Below are positions 29,545 to 38,914 of a DNA stretch of 64,000 nt, piece by piece (the first letter of the stretch is position 1; each line of letters begins with the position of its first letter). Source of the DNA: Nannocystis bainbridge (GTDB lineage: Bacteria > Myxococcota_A > Polyangia > Nannocystales > Nannocystaceae); the NCBI RefSeq assembly GCF_028368995.1, contig NZ_JAQNDL010000002.1, forward strand, positions 1,472,001 through 1,536,000, written 5' to 3'. The translations under genes and the position numbers were made by a program. The notes under the pieces were generated by a model. The model searched no databases. It was not told where the DNA came from and saw only the letters and a list, made by a program, of their open reading frames with translations.

Positions 29545-29885
29545 TCTGCATGTACTCCTGAACATGCCTCGCGGGACATGCTCATACAGACATAAACAAA
29601 TCGTCATGTCCAAAGGGCCATGACCAGATGTACATGGCCGATCGATCAGATACATATGTCTGATACAACATGCCCGATAGACCATGCCCAAAGGGACATG
29701 TCCTCTAAAACATCATCGCATGCCCTATGCGACATGCCCGATCGAACATGGCTATATGGACATGTCCTCTAGAACATCCTCGCATGTCCGATGCGACATG
29801 CCCGATCGACCATGCTCACATGGACATGTCCTATGGAACATTCTCGCATGTCCGATGCGACATGCCCGATCGACCATGTCCTCTC
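29545..29885. repeat. Large 14-bp-phased CATG array with a 64-bp higher-order repeat
   Basis: Cores every 14 bp from 29549 to 29875, with 8-bp steps before 29655, 29719, 29783 and 29847, giving 64-bp units. Confidence 0.95.
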
Positions 29886-29893
29886 GAACTTCG

Positions 29894-31516
29894 TCAACCT
29901 TGCTGCTGCACCCGGCGCCGCCGCAGCCGGCGCACGAGCCCGGCCGGCATCCCCCACAGCTGCACGCCGCCCGGGTACCGCCCCGCGCGGACGATCGCCG
30001 CGAACGCCACGAACCCGAGCGCGACTACCAGTCCGAGCGCGCCGGCGCCCAGCAGCGCGCGCAGCGGGCGGGGCAGGGCGGCCAGCGGACCGGCGAGCAG
30101 GTGCGCGGCGCCGGCCCAGGCGGCCCACACGACCACGGCGAGGCCGGCGTTGGCGGCCGCGAGCACCCCCACCTCGCGCCAGCGGCCGGGGCGGGCCAGG
30201 CCGCCGATCTCATGCCGGTAGAACGCGCGCAGCAGGCTCAGGTTGACGACCGCGCCGAGTGATGTCCCGAGGGCCAGGCCGGGCGCGCCGAGGCGCTCGT
30301 AGGTCGCCGCGTTGAAGCCGATGTTGACCGCCACCGAGGCCACCGACGCGATCAGCGGCACCCGCGGGCGATCGATCGAGTAGAACGCCGGCGCCACGAT
30401 CTTGACCATGCTGTAGGGCGCGAGCCCGATCGCGTAGGCCTGCAAGATCAGCGCGACCGCGGCCGACTCCGCGGGGCTGAAGCGGCCGCCCTCGTAGATC
30501 AGCGCCACGATCGGGTGGGCCAGCAGGATCAGGCCGACCGTGCTCGCCGACGTCAGCAGCCAGGCCGCCGACAGGCCCTCGCCGGTGCGGGCGATCAGGC
30601 GCGAGCGGTCGCCGCGGGCCGCCTCCTCCGACACCTGCGTGGCCGTCACCGTCGCCAGCGCCACTCCGAACACCCCGATCGGCAGGAAGAAGATCCGGAA
30701 CGCGTACTCGATCTGCGCCACCGCGCCGTCGCCGAGGCTGGCGGCGAAGCGCGTATTGACGAACACGTTGAGCTGGACCGCGGCCACGCCGACGATCGCC
30801 GGCAGCATCAGCGAGACGATCCGGCGCACGCCCGGGTGCTGCAGCAGGCCGCGCAGCTGCGGGCGGGCGCGGTAGCCGAGCCGGCGCAGGTACGGCAGCA
30901 GCACGGCCGCCTGGGCGACGCTGGCGACCAGCGTGCCGACGCTCCAGGCCATCACGGCGGCCGGTCCGCCGAGCCCGGCCAGCCACATGCCGAGGCCCGC
31001 GGCGATGCTGACCAGGTTGAACAGCACGGGCGCCAGCGCGAACGGCAAGAAATTGCGCTGGGCGTTCAGGATCCCGCCCCACACCGCGCCGACGCTCACG
31101 AACGCGAGGATCGGCATCATGATGCGCGTCAGCGCGGCGGTCTCGGCGATCTTCTCGGCGCTCCATCCCGACGTGATCGCGGCCACGAGCGGCCCGGCGA
31201 ACACCACCCCGAGCAGCGTCAGCGCGCCGGTGACGAGCAAAATCCCGGCCAGCGCGAGGTTGGCGAGCTGGTACGCGCGCTCGCGATCCTCCTGCACCAG
31301 GGCCGCGGTGAAGGTCGGGACGAACGCGCTCGACAGGGCGCCCTCGGCGAGCAAGTCGCGCAGGAGGTTGGGGATCCGGAAGGCCACGGAAAACGTGTCC
31401 GCGAGCGCGCCGGCGCCGATGAGGCGCGACTGCAGCGACATGCGCACGAGCCCGAGGACGCGCGAAGCGGCGACCGCGGCGCTGATCGAACCCGACGACT
31501 GGAGGGCGGACGGCAC
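29894..31516 (-). CDS. murJ: Lipid II flippase MurJ
   Basis: SRVLGLVR, AFRIPNLLRDLLAEGALSSAFVP. Confidence 0.95.
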   Translation of the reverse strand: MPSALQSSGSISAAVAASRVLGLVRMSLQSRLIGAGALADTFSVAFRIPNLLRDLLAEGALSSAFVPTFTAALVQEDRERAYQLANLALAGILLVTGALTLLGVVFAGPLVAAITSGWSAEKIAETAALTRIMMPILAFVSVGAVWGGILNAQRNFLPFALAPVLFNLVSIAAGLGMWLAGLGGPAAVMAWSVGTLVASVAQAAVLLPYLRRLGYRARPQLRGLLQHPGVRRIVSLMLPAIVGVAAVQLNVFVNTRFAASLGDGAVAQIEYAFRIFFLPIGVFGVALATVTATQVSEEAARGDRSRLIARTGEGLSAAWLLTSASTVGLILLAHPIVALIYEGGRFSPAESAAVALILQAYAIGLAPYSMVKIVAPAFYSIDRPRVPLIASVASVAVNIGFNAATYERLGAPGLALGTSLGAVVNLSLLRAFYRHEIGGLARPGRWREVGVLAAANAGLAVVVWAAWAGAAHLLAGPLAALPRPLRALLGAGALGLVVALGFVAFAAIVRAGRYPGGVQLWGMPAGLVRRLRRRRVQQQG

Positions 31517-31566
31517 GTGGCGCGGCAGTAGAACACGCGCCGGGGCCGTGCGATAGTCCCGGCCCC

Positions 31567-32439
31567 GTGCTCCTCGCGCTCATCAAGACGCTCCGGCCGC
31601 GTCAGTGGATCAAGAACCTCTTCGTCGCCGTGCCGCTGATGTACGGCCAACGGCTCACCGATCCGTCGAGCCTGCTCATCACCGCCGGCGCCGTCGCGCT
31701 GTTCTGTCTGATCTCCGGCTGCGTCTACATCCTCAACGACCTCGTCGACGTCGAGAAGGACCGCGCCCACCCGAAGAAGCGCAACCGACCGATCCCGTCG
31801 GGCAAGCTGCCCGAGGTCGTCGCCCGCCGCTTCGCCGTGATCTGCGTGCCGGTCTGCCTCGCGCTCGGCTACTGGCTGCAGCCGCTCTACGCCGCCGCGC
31901 TCGGCGGGTACTTCGCGCTCAACCTGGCCTACAGCTTCAAGCTCAAGCAGATCGCCTACGTCGACGTGCTGTCGATCGCCGCCGGCTTCATCCTCCGCGT
32001 GCTGGCCGGGGCGCTCGCGCTGGGGATCCCGGCCTCGCCGTGGCTGCTCGGCTGCACGGGCCTCCTGGCCATGTTCCTCGGCTTCGGCAAGCGGGCCCAC
32101 GAGCTCGCCGGCGCCGAGGACCCGCAGAAGCAGCGCGCCGCGCTCGCGGCCTACAACCTCACCACGCTGCGGATCATCCTCTACGCGCTGGGCGTCGCCA
32201 CCGTCGGCCTCTACGTCGCCTACACCCTCAGCGACCACGTGCTCGAGCTGTTCGGCACCAACCGCCTGGCGTGGACGGCCGTGTTCGGGGTGGTGGGCAT
32301 CGCCCGCTTCATCTTCCTCTCGACCACCCGGCGCGAGGCCGAGTCGCCGACCGAGGAGATGCTGAAGGACCCGCTGTTCATGCTCAACTTCGTGGTCTGG
32401 ATCGCCCTGACCGCCGCGCTCCTCTACGGTTGGATCTGA
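31567..32439 (+). CDS. UbiA-family prenyltransferase (decaprenyl-phosphate phosphoribosyltransferase-like)
   Basis: LRPRQWIKN, YILNDLVDVEKDRAHPKKRNRPIPSG, GKRAHE. Confidence 0.92.
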   Translation: MLLALIKTLRPRQWIKNLFVAVPLMYGQRLTDPSSLLITAGAVALFCLISGCVYILNDLVDVEKDRAHPKKRNRPIPSGKLPEVVARRFAVICVPVCLALGYWLQPLYAAALGGYFALNLAYSFKLKQIAYVDVLSIAAGFILRVLAGALALGIPASPWLLGCTGLLAMFLGFGKRAHELAGAEDPQKQRAALAAYNLTTLRIILYALGVATVGLYVAYTLSDHVLELFGTNRLAWTAVFGVVGIARFIFLSTTRREAESPTEEMLKDPLFMLNFVVWIALTAALLYGWI

Positions 32440-32446
32440 GGCGCGG

Positions 32447-32899
32447 ATGTTGACGGTCATCCAGCGGGTCTCGCGGGCGGCGGTGCGGGTCGACGGCGAG
32501 GTCGTCGGCGCCATCGAGCGCGGCGCCATGTTGCTGGTCGCGGTCGAGCGCGGCGACGTCGACGCCGACGCGATCGCCACCGCCAAGAAGATCGCCTCGC
32601 TGCGGTTCTTCCCCGGCGCCACGCCCATGGATCGCACCCTCGCCGAGGTCGGCGGCGGCGTCCTCGTCGTCTCGCAGTTCACCCTCGCCGGCTCGCTGCG
32701 CAAGGGCCGGCGGCCCAGCTTCGAGGGCGCGGAGCTGCCCGAGCGGGCCCGCGCGCTGTACGAGGCGGTCGCCGCGGCGCTGCGGGCCGAGGGCCTCGAG
32801 GTGGCCACCGGGCGCTTCGCCGCGCACATGGAGGTCGACCTCGTCAACGACGGCCCCGTCACCTTCCTGCTGCGCAGCGTCGCCGGCCAGGTCCAGTGA
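32447..32899 (+). CDS. dtd: D-aminoacyl-tRNA deacylase
   Basis: VIQRV, VSQFTL, KGRRPSF, NDGPVT. Confidence 0.96.
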   Translation: MLTVIQRVSRAAVRVDGEVVGAIERGAMLLVAVERGDVDADAIATAKKIASLRFFPGATPMDRTLAEVGGGVLVVSQFTLAGSLRKGRRPSFEGAELPERARALYEAVAAALRAEGLEVATGRFAAHMEVDLVNDGPVTFLLRSVAGQVQ

Positions 32900-32945
32900 G
32901 CCGTTCACTGGCGCGGGCGCCCGCGGAGCGCTAACGTCGCCGCGT

Positions 32946-33203
32946 ATGCGCACCAGCTTGCTCGTGCTCGTCGCCCTCGCCACCTCGGCCTGCGCCTCGA
33001 TGCAGGTCGGCGAGAGCCGCCGCAACGTCACGGCCTTCTGCGTCGGCGCCGACGGCAGCGCCTACGCCATCGCCACGCAGGTCAGCACCGGTGACCGCAA
33101 GAGCGACCGCGTCTGTCGCCGCGCCGTCGCCGGCATGGAGCACCCGCCCGGCGCCGACCTGCCGTGCCGGATGATGGAGTTCACGGTCGTGCGCGACAAG
33201 TAG
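32946..33203 (+). CDS. Small hypothetical lipoprotein
   Basis: Signal peptide with TSAC lipobox; GC3-biased codons. Confidence 0.6.
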   Translation: MRTSLLVLVALATSACASMQVGESRRNVTAFCVGADGSAYAIATQVSTGDRKSDRVCRRAVAGMEHPPGADLPCRMMEFTVVRDK

Positions 33204-33211
33204 GGCGCTCG

Positions 33212-33292
33212 CCGGCATGGCTGCGAGGACATGTCGCCGAGAGCATGTCCGTGCGGGCATGTCTTCTTGCACATGCCCGATCGCACATGTCC
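33212..33292. repeat. 14-bp-phased CATG array (6 units)
   Basis: CATG at 33216, 33230, 33244, 33258, 33272 and 33286; between convergent genes. Confidence 0.9.
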
Positions 33293-34417
33293 TCAAAGCC
33301 AGCGCACGAACATGAACGCGGCCAGCACCGCCGGCGGGGCCAGCAGCAGGCCCTCGAGCCCGCGTAGGCGGCCGCTGCGTTCGGGCGCGGGCACCGGCAG
33401 GGCGGCCAGCAGGGCGGCGTTGCGCCGGCGCTCGCGCGCCAGGATCTGCAACGGGCTCAGCCACAGCGCCGCCATGGCGCACCACAGCGCGATCCTCGGC
33501 GCGTCGGGCGGCTGAGCGCGCGACACCAGCCAGCCGCTCACGAGCAGGAGGGCGACCAGGCGCAGGCGCAGCAGCGGGCACAGGCGCAGCAGCTGGGTGG
33601 TGCCGAGCTGCAGGATCGGGTTGTGCATTCGCGCGACGAAGCCCGGGCGCGGGGCGGGCACGCCGGTGCCCGCCAGCCGCCGCGTCGCCTCGCTGAGCCA
33701 CGGCACCGCCTCCCACAGCCCCGCCGCGTAGAGCCGACCGGCCGTCACGCGCACGACGAGCGCCGCCAGCATCGGCGCCGCCAGCAGCGTCCAGTGCTGC
33801 GTGCTGGCGGTCCCGCGCTCGGCCAGGCGGGCCAGCGTCAATTGCCCAGGCATGGCGATCAGCGTCGCCAGCCCGACCCCGAGCGCCGGCGCGTAAAGGT
33901 GCACGGCCGCCTCCTCGGCCGTCCAGCCGCCCGCGCCGAAGCGCTGCGCCTCGCCGATCCAGTGCTCGGGCGGGAACCGGCGCCCGGCGTAGGCCGCGAG
34001 CCCGGCGATGCCCGGCTCGATCAAGCTGGCCGCCAGCGCCAGCCACAGGAAATCACCGAGCAGCCAGGCGCAGCGCGTGAGGTCGGGCAGGGTCGCGGCC
34101 GCGATGGCGCCGGCCCCGGCGACGACGGTCAGCGCCAGGCCGCGGCGGTGCGCCGGGAGGGCCGATCGGAAGTGGCGCGCCGGCTCGATCGGCAGCGGCA
34201 GCAAGCGCTCGCGCTCGGGCGCGTGGAGGTAACCGCCGAGGCGCGCGTGCAGGCCGGCGAGCAGGAGGAACGGACCGCCGGCGAACACGAGGCCGCGCTG
34301 CGCGGTCAACTCGGGCTCGTTGGCCAGCGCGATAGACCAGGCGGCAGCCAGCACCAGCGGTGCGACCCACGCATTGGGCCAGGTCGCCGGCCAGCGGGGC
34401 AGGGGAGGGGCACGCAC
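33293..34417 (-). CDS. Hypothetical polytopic membrane protein
   Basis: Multiple hydrophobic segments, LLPLPI and LAALPV loops. Confidence 0.7.
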   Translation of the reverse strand: MRAPPLPRWPATWPNAWVAPLVLAAAWSIALANEPELTAQRGLVFAGGPFLLLAGLHARLGGYLHAPERERLLPLPIEPARHFRSALPAHRRGLALTVVAGAGAIAAATLPDLTRCAWLLGDFLWLALAASLIEPGIAGLAAYAGRRFPPEHWIGEAQRFGAGGWTAEEAAVHLYAPALGVGLATLIAMPGQLTLARLAERGTASTQHWTLLAAPMLAALVVRVTAGRLYAAGLWEAVPWLSEATRRLAGTGVPAPRPGFVARMHNPILQLGTTQLLRLCPLLRLRLVALLLVSGWLVSRAQPPDAPRIALWCAMAALWLSPLQILARERRRNAALLAALPVPAPERSGRLRGLEGLLLAPPAVLAAFMFVRWL

Positions 34418-34531
34418 GCGGCGAACATAACCGCACTCGAGCGCCGGGGCGAGCGCATCCCGTCGCGGCTCACGGGGCTCGGACAGCTCGACGTAGGTCT
34501 CGCCCGCGCCACGTGCGTCGGCTGGAGGCCG

Positions 34532-34921
34532 TCAGTTCTTCGCGCTGTAGATCGTGAACAGCTCGACGTCGGTCACCGCCACCAGGCGGTACGCGTGTTC
34601 GCCCTCGGCGACCGCGATCGGCGTCGCCGGCAGCAGCTCCACCCGATCGACGCTGTCGTCGGCACGGGTCTCGAGCAGGGCGCGGCCGCCGGTCAGCATC
34701 ACCGTCATGTCGCGGCGGCCCTTCGTCGAGATCGCCACCACCTCGCCGGCGCGGACCCGGAGCACCTTGGCCGTGTAGCCCTGGCCCTGGGCCCACACGA
34801 ACTCGCCGCCGAAGCTGCGGCGCTCGAACGGCGGGCCATAGTCGTCGTCACCGGGGTCGACGGCGTTCTCGTCCAGAACGGCCTCCGGCTCCTCCGAACC
34901 TGCGCGATCCCTGTGCTCCAT
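34532..34921 (-). CDS. Small cupin-fold protein
   Basis: GGEFVWA...YTAKVLRVRAG...HAYRLVAVTDVELF beta-barrel pattern; start trimmed to ATG 34921. Confidence 0.65.
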   Translation of the reverse strand: MEHRDRAGSEEPEAVLDENAVDPGDDDYGPPFERRSFGGEFVWAQGQGYTAKVLRVRAGEVVAISTKGRRDMTVMLTGGRALLETRADDSVDRVELLPATPIAVAEGEHAYRLVAVTDVELFTIYSAKN

Positions 34922-35289
34922 CGCCGCGATGATAGCCCGGAGCCGCGCAGCACGCGAGGGGGGGACCCGGACCCCGGGACTCTTGCCGTGACGTTGCGTG
35001 CCCATGCGCGTCCTCGCCGACCTCGTAAAGGCGTCCGGGGCGTCGACGAAGGGCGACGCGAACCACGTCTGCGTGGGGGTAGTGGCCGGTTCCTGGGCGG
35101 ACGCAGGCAGCGCGAGGTCGAGGAGTCTGCGAGGCGATCCGGCGGGCATTTCGGACGCTGACGGCGCGAACGATCGCCATCGGCGTGGGCGATCCGTCGT
35201 GCAGATAATCGGCGGCGGCGCGAACGCTCGTGTTCGCGGAGAGCGATTTGTCGAGCGCGGCGGTCGACGGCGGCGCGCACGCTCGCGGT

Positions 35290-35985
35290 CGACGAGGGCG
35301 ATTTGTCATGCCTCTCGATCCCAGCGGCGTGCACGCTCACGGCATGTCGCTCATCCGGCGCAAGGGCGTGCGTCCGCGGCGCGCACCAGCGGCGCAGAGG
35401 AGCTCTCTTCGTATCTCGACGCGGCGCGTCCGACTTCTGGGCGTCCAGCTGCTGGGCTGTCGGGCTTGTGACGTCCGGGGGCAGGAGAAAGACAGCGAGC
35501 AAGGTGCAGGCGAAGAGCACCGTGAAACCGAGCGACGCGGCGAGGACCCACGGCCTGGGCGGCGCGGGCGTGCTTGGTGGCGGTAGGACGGGCGGCCGAG
35601 CCGTCGTCGCCGATGACCGGGCGAGAGCGGGAGAGGGGCCCATCGGGACATGGAGACCAGTGACCGGCGTGAGCGCTGGCGCTGGCGGCGTCGGTTCGGG
35701 CGCGCGAGCGGTCGGCACCAGGGCCTTGCGGGCCGAGGGCTCGAGGAGTCGCCGAAGTTGCCGCCCGAGTTCGGCCGCGGAGGCCGGCCTCTGTGCCGGG
35801 TCTCCGCCGATAGCTCGCATCACCAGGTTCTCGAGGTCCGTCGGCAGCCGCACTTCAAACTCCGACGGACGTGCCGGAGCGACGCCGAGTGCAATCTCCA
35901 CCTGCTGCGCTTGTGCCGTGGTTCCACGCCACGGCATCCGGGCGGTGAGCAACTTGAACAGCGTGACGCCGAGGGCGAGCCGGGG
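35290..35985 (-). pseudogene. Truncated Ser/Thr protein kinase (C-lobe, Pro linker, TM helix only)
   Basis: ALGVTLFKLLTARMPW (subdomain IX), DPAQRPASAAEL (XI), TM helix; no N-lobe, catalytic loop or DFG upstream. Confidence 0.75.
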
Positions 35986-36124
35986 GCGGTATGTCTGAAG
36001 GGACATGTTCATCGAGGATCATCCGGCAATCACCGCAGCGCGTCGCGTGCATCGACCTGCGCTCGAAGCGGCCGCGCCGAGGCCAGGCGAGGCCCGATAT
36101 CGCCACGGGGGAGGCGCGGCTACG

Positions 36125-37396
36125 ATGGATTGGATGGTCTCCAGAAGAGCTCGTGCCGGGGTCCTCGCGGCCGGGCTCCTGGCCTGCGCGCCCGAGCCGT
36201 GCACCGAGGTCGAGGGGCTCGAGCTGTGGGACGCCGGCGTCTCGGGGCCGTTGTGTGTGCTCGGCGACGTCGTCGTGAACGAGCGGACGGCCGCCGAGCT
36301 CGCCCGCCTCGAGGGCATCGAATCGATCGCCGGCTCGCTCATCGTATTCGCCAACCCCGAATGGACCGAGCTGCCGCGCTTCGCTTCCCTGCGGGAGATC
36401 GGCGGCGCCCTGTCGATCTCCGACAACCCCGCGCTCACCACGATCGACGCCTTCCCGGCGCTCGAGCGGATCGGCGGGACGCTCTACGTCGGCGAGCACC
36501 CGCGCCTCGTGTCCGTCGCGCTCGGCGATCGCCTGGTCGAGATCGGCGGCCTCCAGCTCGCGCTCAACCCCGAGCTCGCCTCGATCGCCGGCCTGCAACG
36601 CATCGAGTCCGTGGCCGGCGACTTCATCGTCCAGGAGAGCGGGCGGCTCGCCACGCTCGAGTTCCCCGCGTTGACGCGGGTCGACGGGGGGCTCCGTCTC
36701 GTCGCGCTGCCGAGCCTGCGCAGCGTCGATTTCTCCGGGCTCGTGCGGAGCGGGGGCTTGAGTTTCGCGTCCACGGGCCTCGACGGGCTGGCCGGGTTCT
36801 CCGCGCTCGAGAGCGTCGGGTCGGTCATCCTCGAGGACAACTCGCGGATGACCGAGATCGAGCTCACCGGCTGGGCCCTCGGTTCCCTCAGTGTCCGCGG
36901 TAACGCGGGCCTGCGACGCCTGGCCGCGGTCCTCACCCCGGTCCCGGAGACGACCGCCTCGGTCTTCATCACCGACAACGCCGCGCTCACGCGGATCGAC
37001 TGCGCCATCGACGGCGAGGAGCTCCAGTGGCTGGTCCTCACCGACAACGCCGCGCTCGCGCAGATCGCCCCCTGGACGGGCCTCGCGCGCTTGAGCGGCC
37101 TGCGCATCCAGCACAACGCGAGCCTCACCGAGCTCCGCTCGTGGCTGCCCACGCTGTCCCGCGCCGACCAGGTGTGGATCTTCGGCAACGCCGCGCTCCC
37201 TCCCGCGGCCGTCGACGCGTTGCTCGCCGAAGTCGATCACGACCGCGAACCTCGCGTCGGCGACAACGAGGGCCAGGTGACCTTGCTCGATCCGTGCCCG
37301 TGGCCCGACGACTACGTCTGCGACGCCGAGCAAGACGCGGACGGGGAGCCGGGCACCGGCCTGTGCCTCGTCGATCCGGACGGCTGCGGAGGTTGA
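36125..37396 (+). CDS. Lipoprotein with receptor-L/LRR-like repeats
   Basis: LLAC lipobox; repeated L..IGG.L.I..NP.L..I motif. Confidence 0.85.
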   Translation: MDWMVSRRARAGVLAAGLLACAPEPCTEVEGLELWDAGVSGPLCVLGDVVVNERTAAELARLEGIESIAGSLIVFANPEWTELPRFASLREIGGALSISDNPALTTIDAFPALERIGGTLYVGEHPRLVSVALGDRLVEIGGLQLALNPELASIAGLQRIESVAGDFIVQESGRLATLEFPALTRVDGGLRLVALPSLRSVDFSGLVRSGGLSFASTGLDGLAGFSALESVGSVILEDNSRMTEIELTGWALGSLSVRGNAGLRRLAAVLTPVPETTASVFITDNAALTRIDCAIDGEELQWLVLTDNAALAQIAPWTGLARLSGLRIQHNASLTELRSWLPTLSRADQVWIFGNAALPPAAVDALLAEVDHDREPRVGDNEGQVTLLDPCPWPDDYVCDAEQDADGEPGTGLCLVDPDGCGG

Positions 37397-38448
37397 ATGC
37401 GCGCTCCTCTTCTCGTCCTCGCTGTCCTCGTCGCTTGCGCGCCTCCGGTGTCCGACGCCGAGGAGCCGCGTCCTGCGTGGGTCGGTGAGCACTTCACCAT
37501 CGACACCACTGTCGAGACGGAGCAGCTGTGCGCCGGCAGCGTGCAGAGCCTCGATCGTTCATCGAGCGCACCTTCGCCTTCCTCGGCGAGCCGGTCCCCG
37601 ACGACTTCGTCGCGCTCGTGGAGGTTGGCGACATCTCCCTGTGCCCGCCGACGGCGCAGGCGTGTTACCTGGGGGACCCGAACACGTCGTACCTCCAATC
37701 GCTCGCCAATTTCGGTCTGCCGCTGACGACGCTGCGTCACGAGCTCGTCCACGCAATGACGTGGGAGGCGTGGGGGCCCAGCATCTCGTTCTTCGCCGAG
37801 GGCATCGCCGCCGCGCTGCAGGGGCCCGTACTCGTGGGCGCGCCCCTTCCCGTCGGCGATCAACTCACCCTCACGACGGGGACGCTCGATTACGGCGCGG
37901 TGGCGCAGTTCACCCGCTTCCTGATCGACACACGCGGCGTGGACGCCTTCCGGCGGATGTATCAGGGCGCGCAGACGTGGTCCGAGGACGACATCCGCGC
38001 GCTCTTCCTCGAGGTCTACGGTGAGTCGCTGGCCGAGCTCGAGGCGGAATACCTGGCCACGCCGCTCGGCTGCACGTACGCGGTCGACCTCTGCGACGCC
38101 GGCAGCGCCGAACGGGTCGCGGACGTCTGGGCGCACAGCTTCGTCGTCTCGTGCGACGACCCCGGCTACGTCGGCGTCCGCGACTCGTCGCAAGTGTTCT
38201 TCACGGGGATGTGGACCGCCATGACGCTCCGGGTCGAGCGCGCCGGCCGCTATCGCCTCCGCTCCTCCGACTATGTCGAGCTGGGGGGATGCGGCGCCTG
38301 TGTCGGCCCGTGGAGCGGGATCCCGGCTCTCGACACCGACATCGAGCTCGACCTCGACGCCGGGCTTTACACCCTGCTCGCGCCGGCCGCCGCCGCCACC
38401 CGCACGGTTCAGGACGTCGAGCTGCGGCTCGTCGAGCCCGCGCCCTGA
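37397..38448 (+). pseudogene. Frameshifted lipoprotein with HExxH gluzincin-like motif
   Basis: LVAC lipobox frame reads to LDR, then continues as FIER in another frame at ~37558; HELVH...FFAEGIA. Confidence 0.7.
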
Positions 38449-38914
38449 CGGCCGGCCGCCGACCGCCACGTGCTCGCCCGAGCTCCGGCGTGGTACACGT
38501 CGGGCGTGCGCGGTCAGCTCGCGATCCTGGGAGCGCTCGCCCTGTTCCACGCGCTGTCGGTGCGCGCGAGGTCGCGGACCCGGCTCTCGAGCGCAGCGTT
38601 GTCGACGTACTCGAAGGCGCAGGACACGAACACCACGACGCTGTGGTGACGCGCGGTCGCTTGCGCGTGACGGGGCGAATCGCCGGTCGCTCCCCCGTTT
38701 TTCGGGCGCCGAGGTCGGGAGGATGAGCGGTCTGAACTTCGGTTCAGGTCGATGGAATGTCTCTTCGAACAGGTTCTGGGATGCGCGTGAGGGAATACGA
38801 GCGACACCGGCGTGGTTCCGCCACAGCCGCGCGTTCGAGGCCGTCCTGCACGAAGGTGGGTCCATGAGAGGCCATCCGGGCCGGTGGCACGTTCGCCCGA
38901 CTCCGCGAGTCGAC

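Noticed and set aside
29545-29885. CRISPR array interpretation of the CATG arrays
   Set aside because: The conserved part is only 4-10 bp with 10-nt spacers, far too short; no cas genes in the window
29684-30262. ORFs with TCP/GHV/DMS-type peptides over the arrays (also 14636-15190 and 91-300)
   Set aside because: They are translations of the 14-bp DNA repeat and overlap real genes
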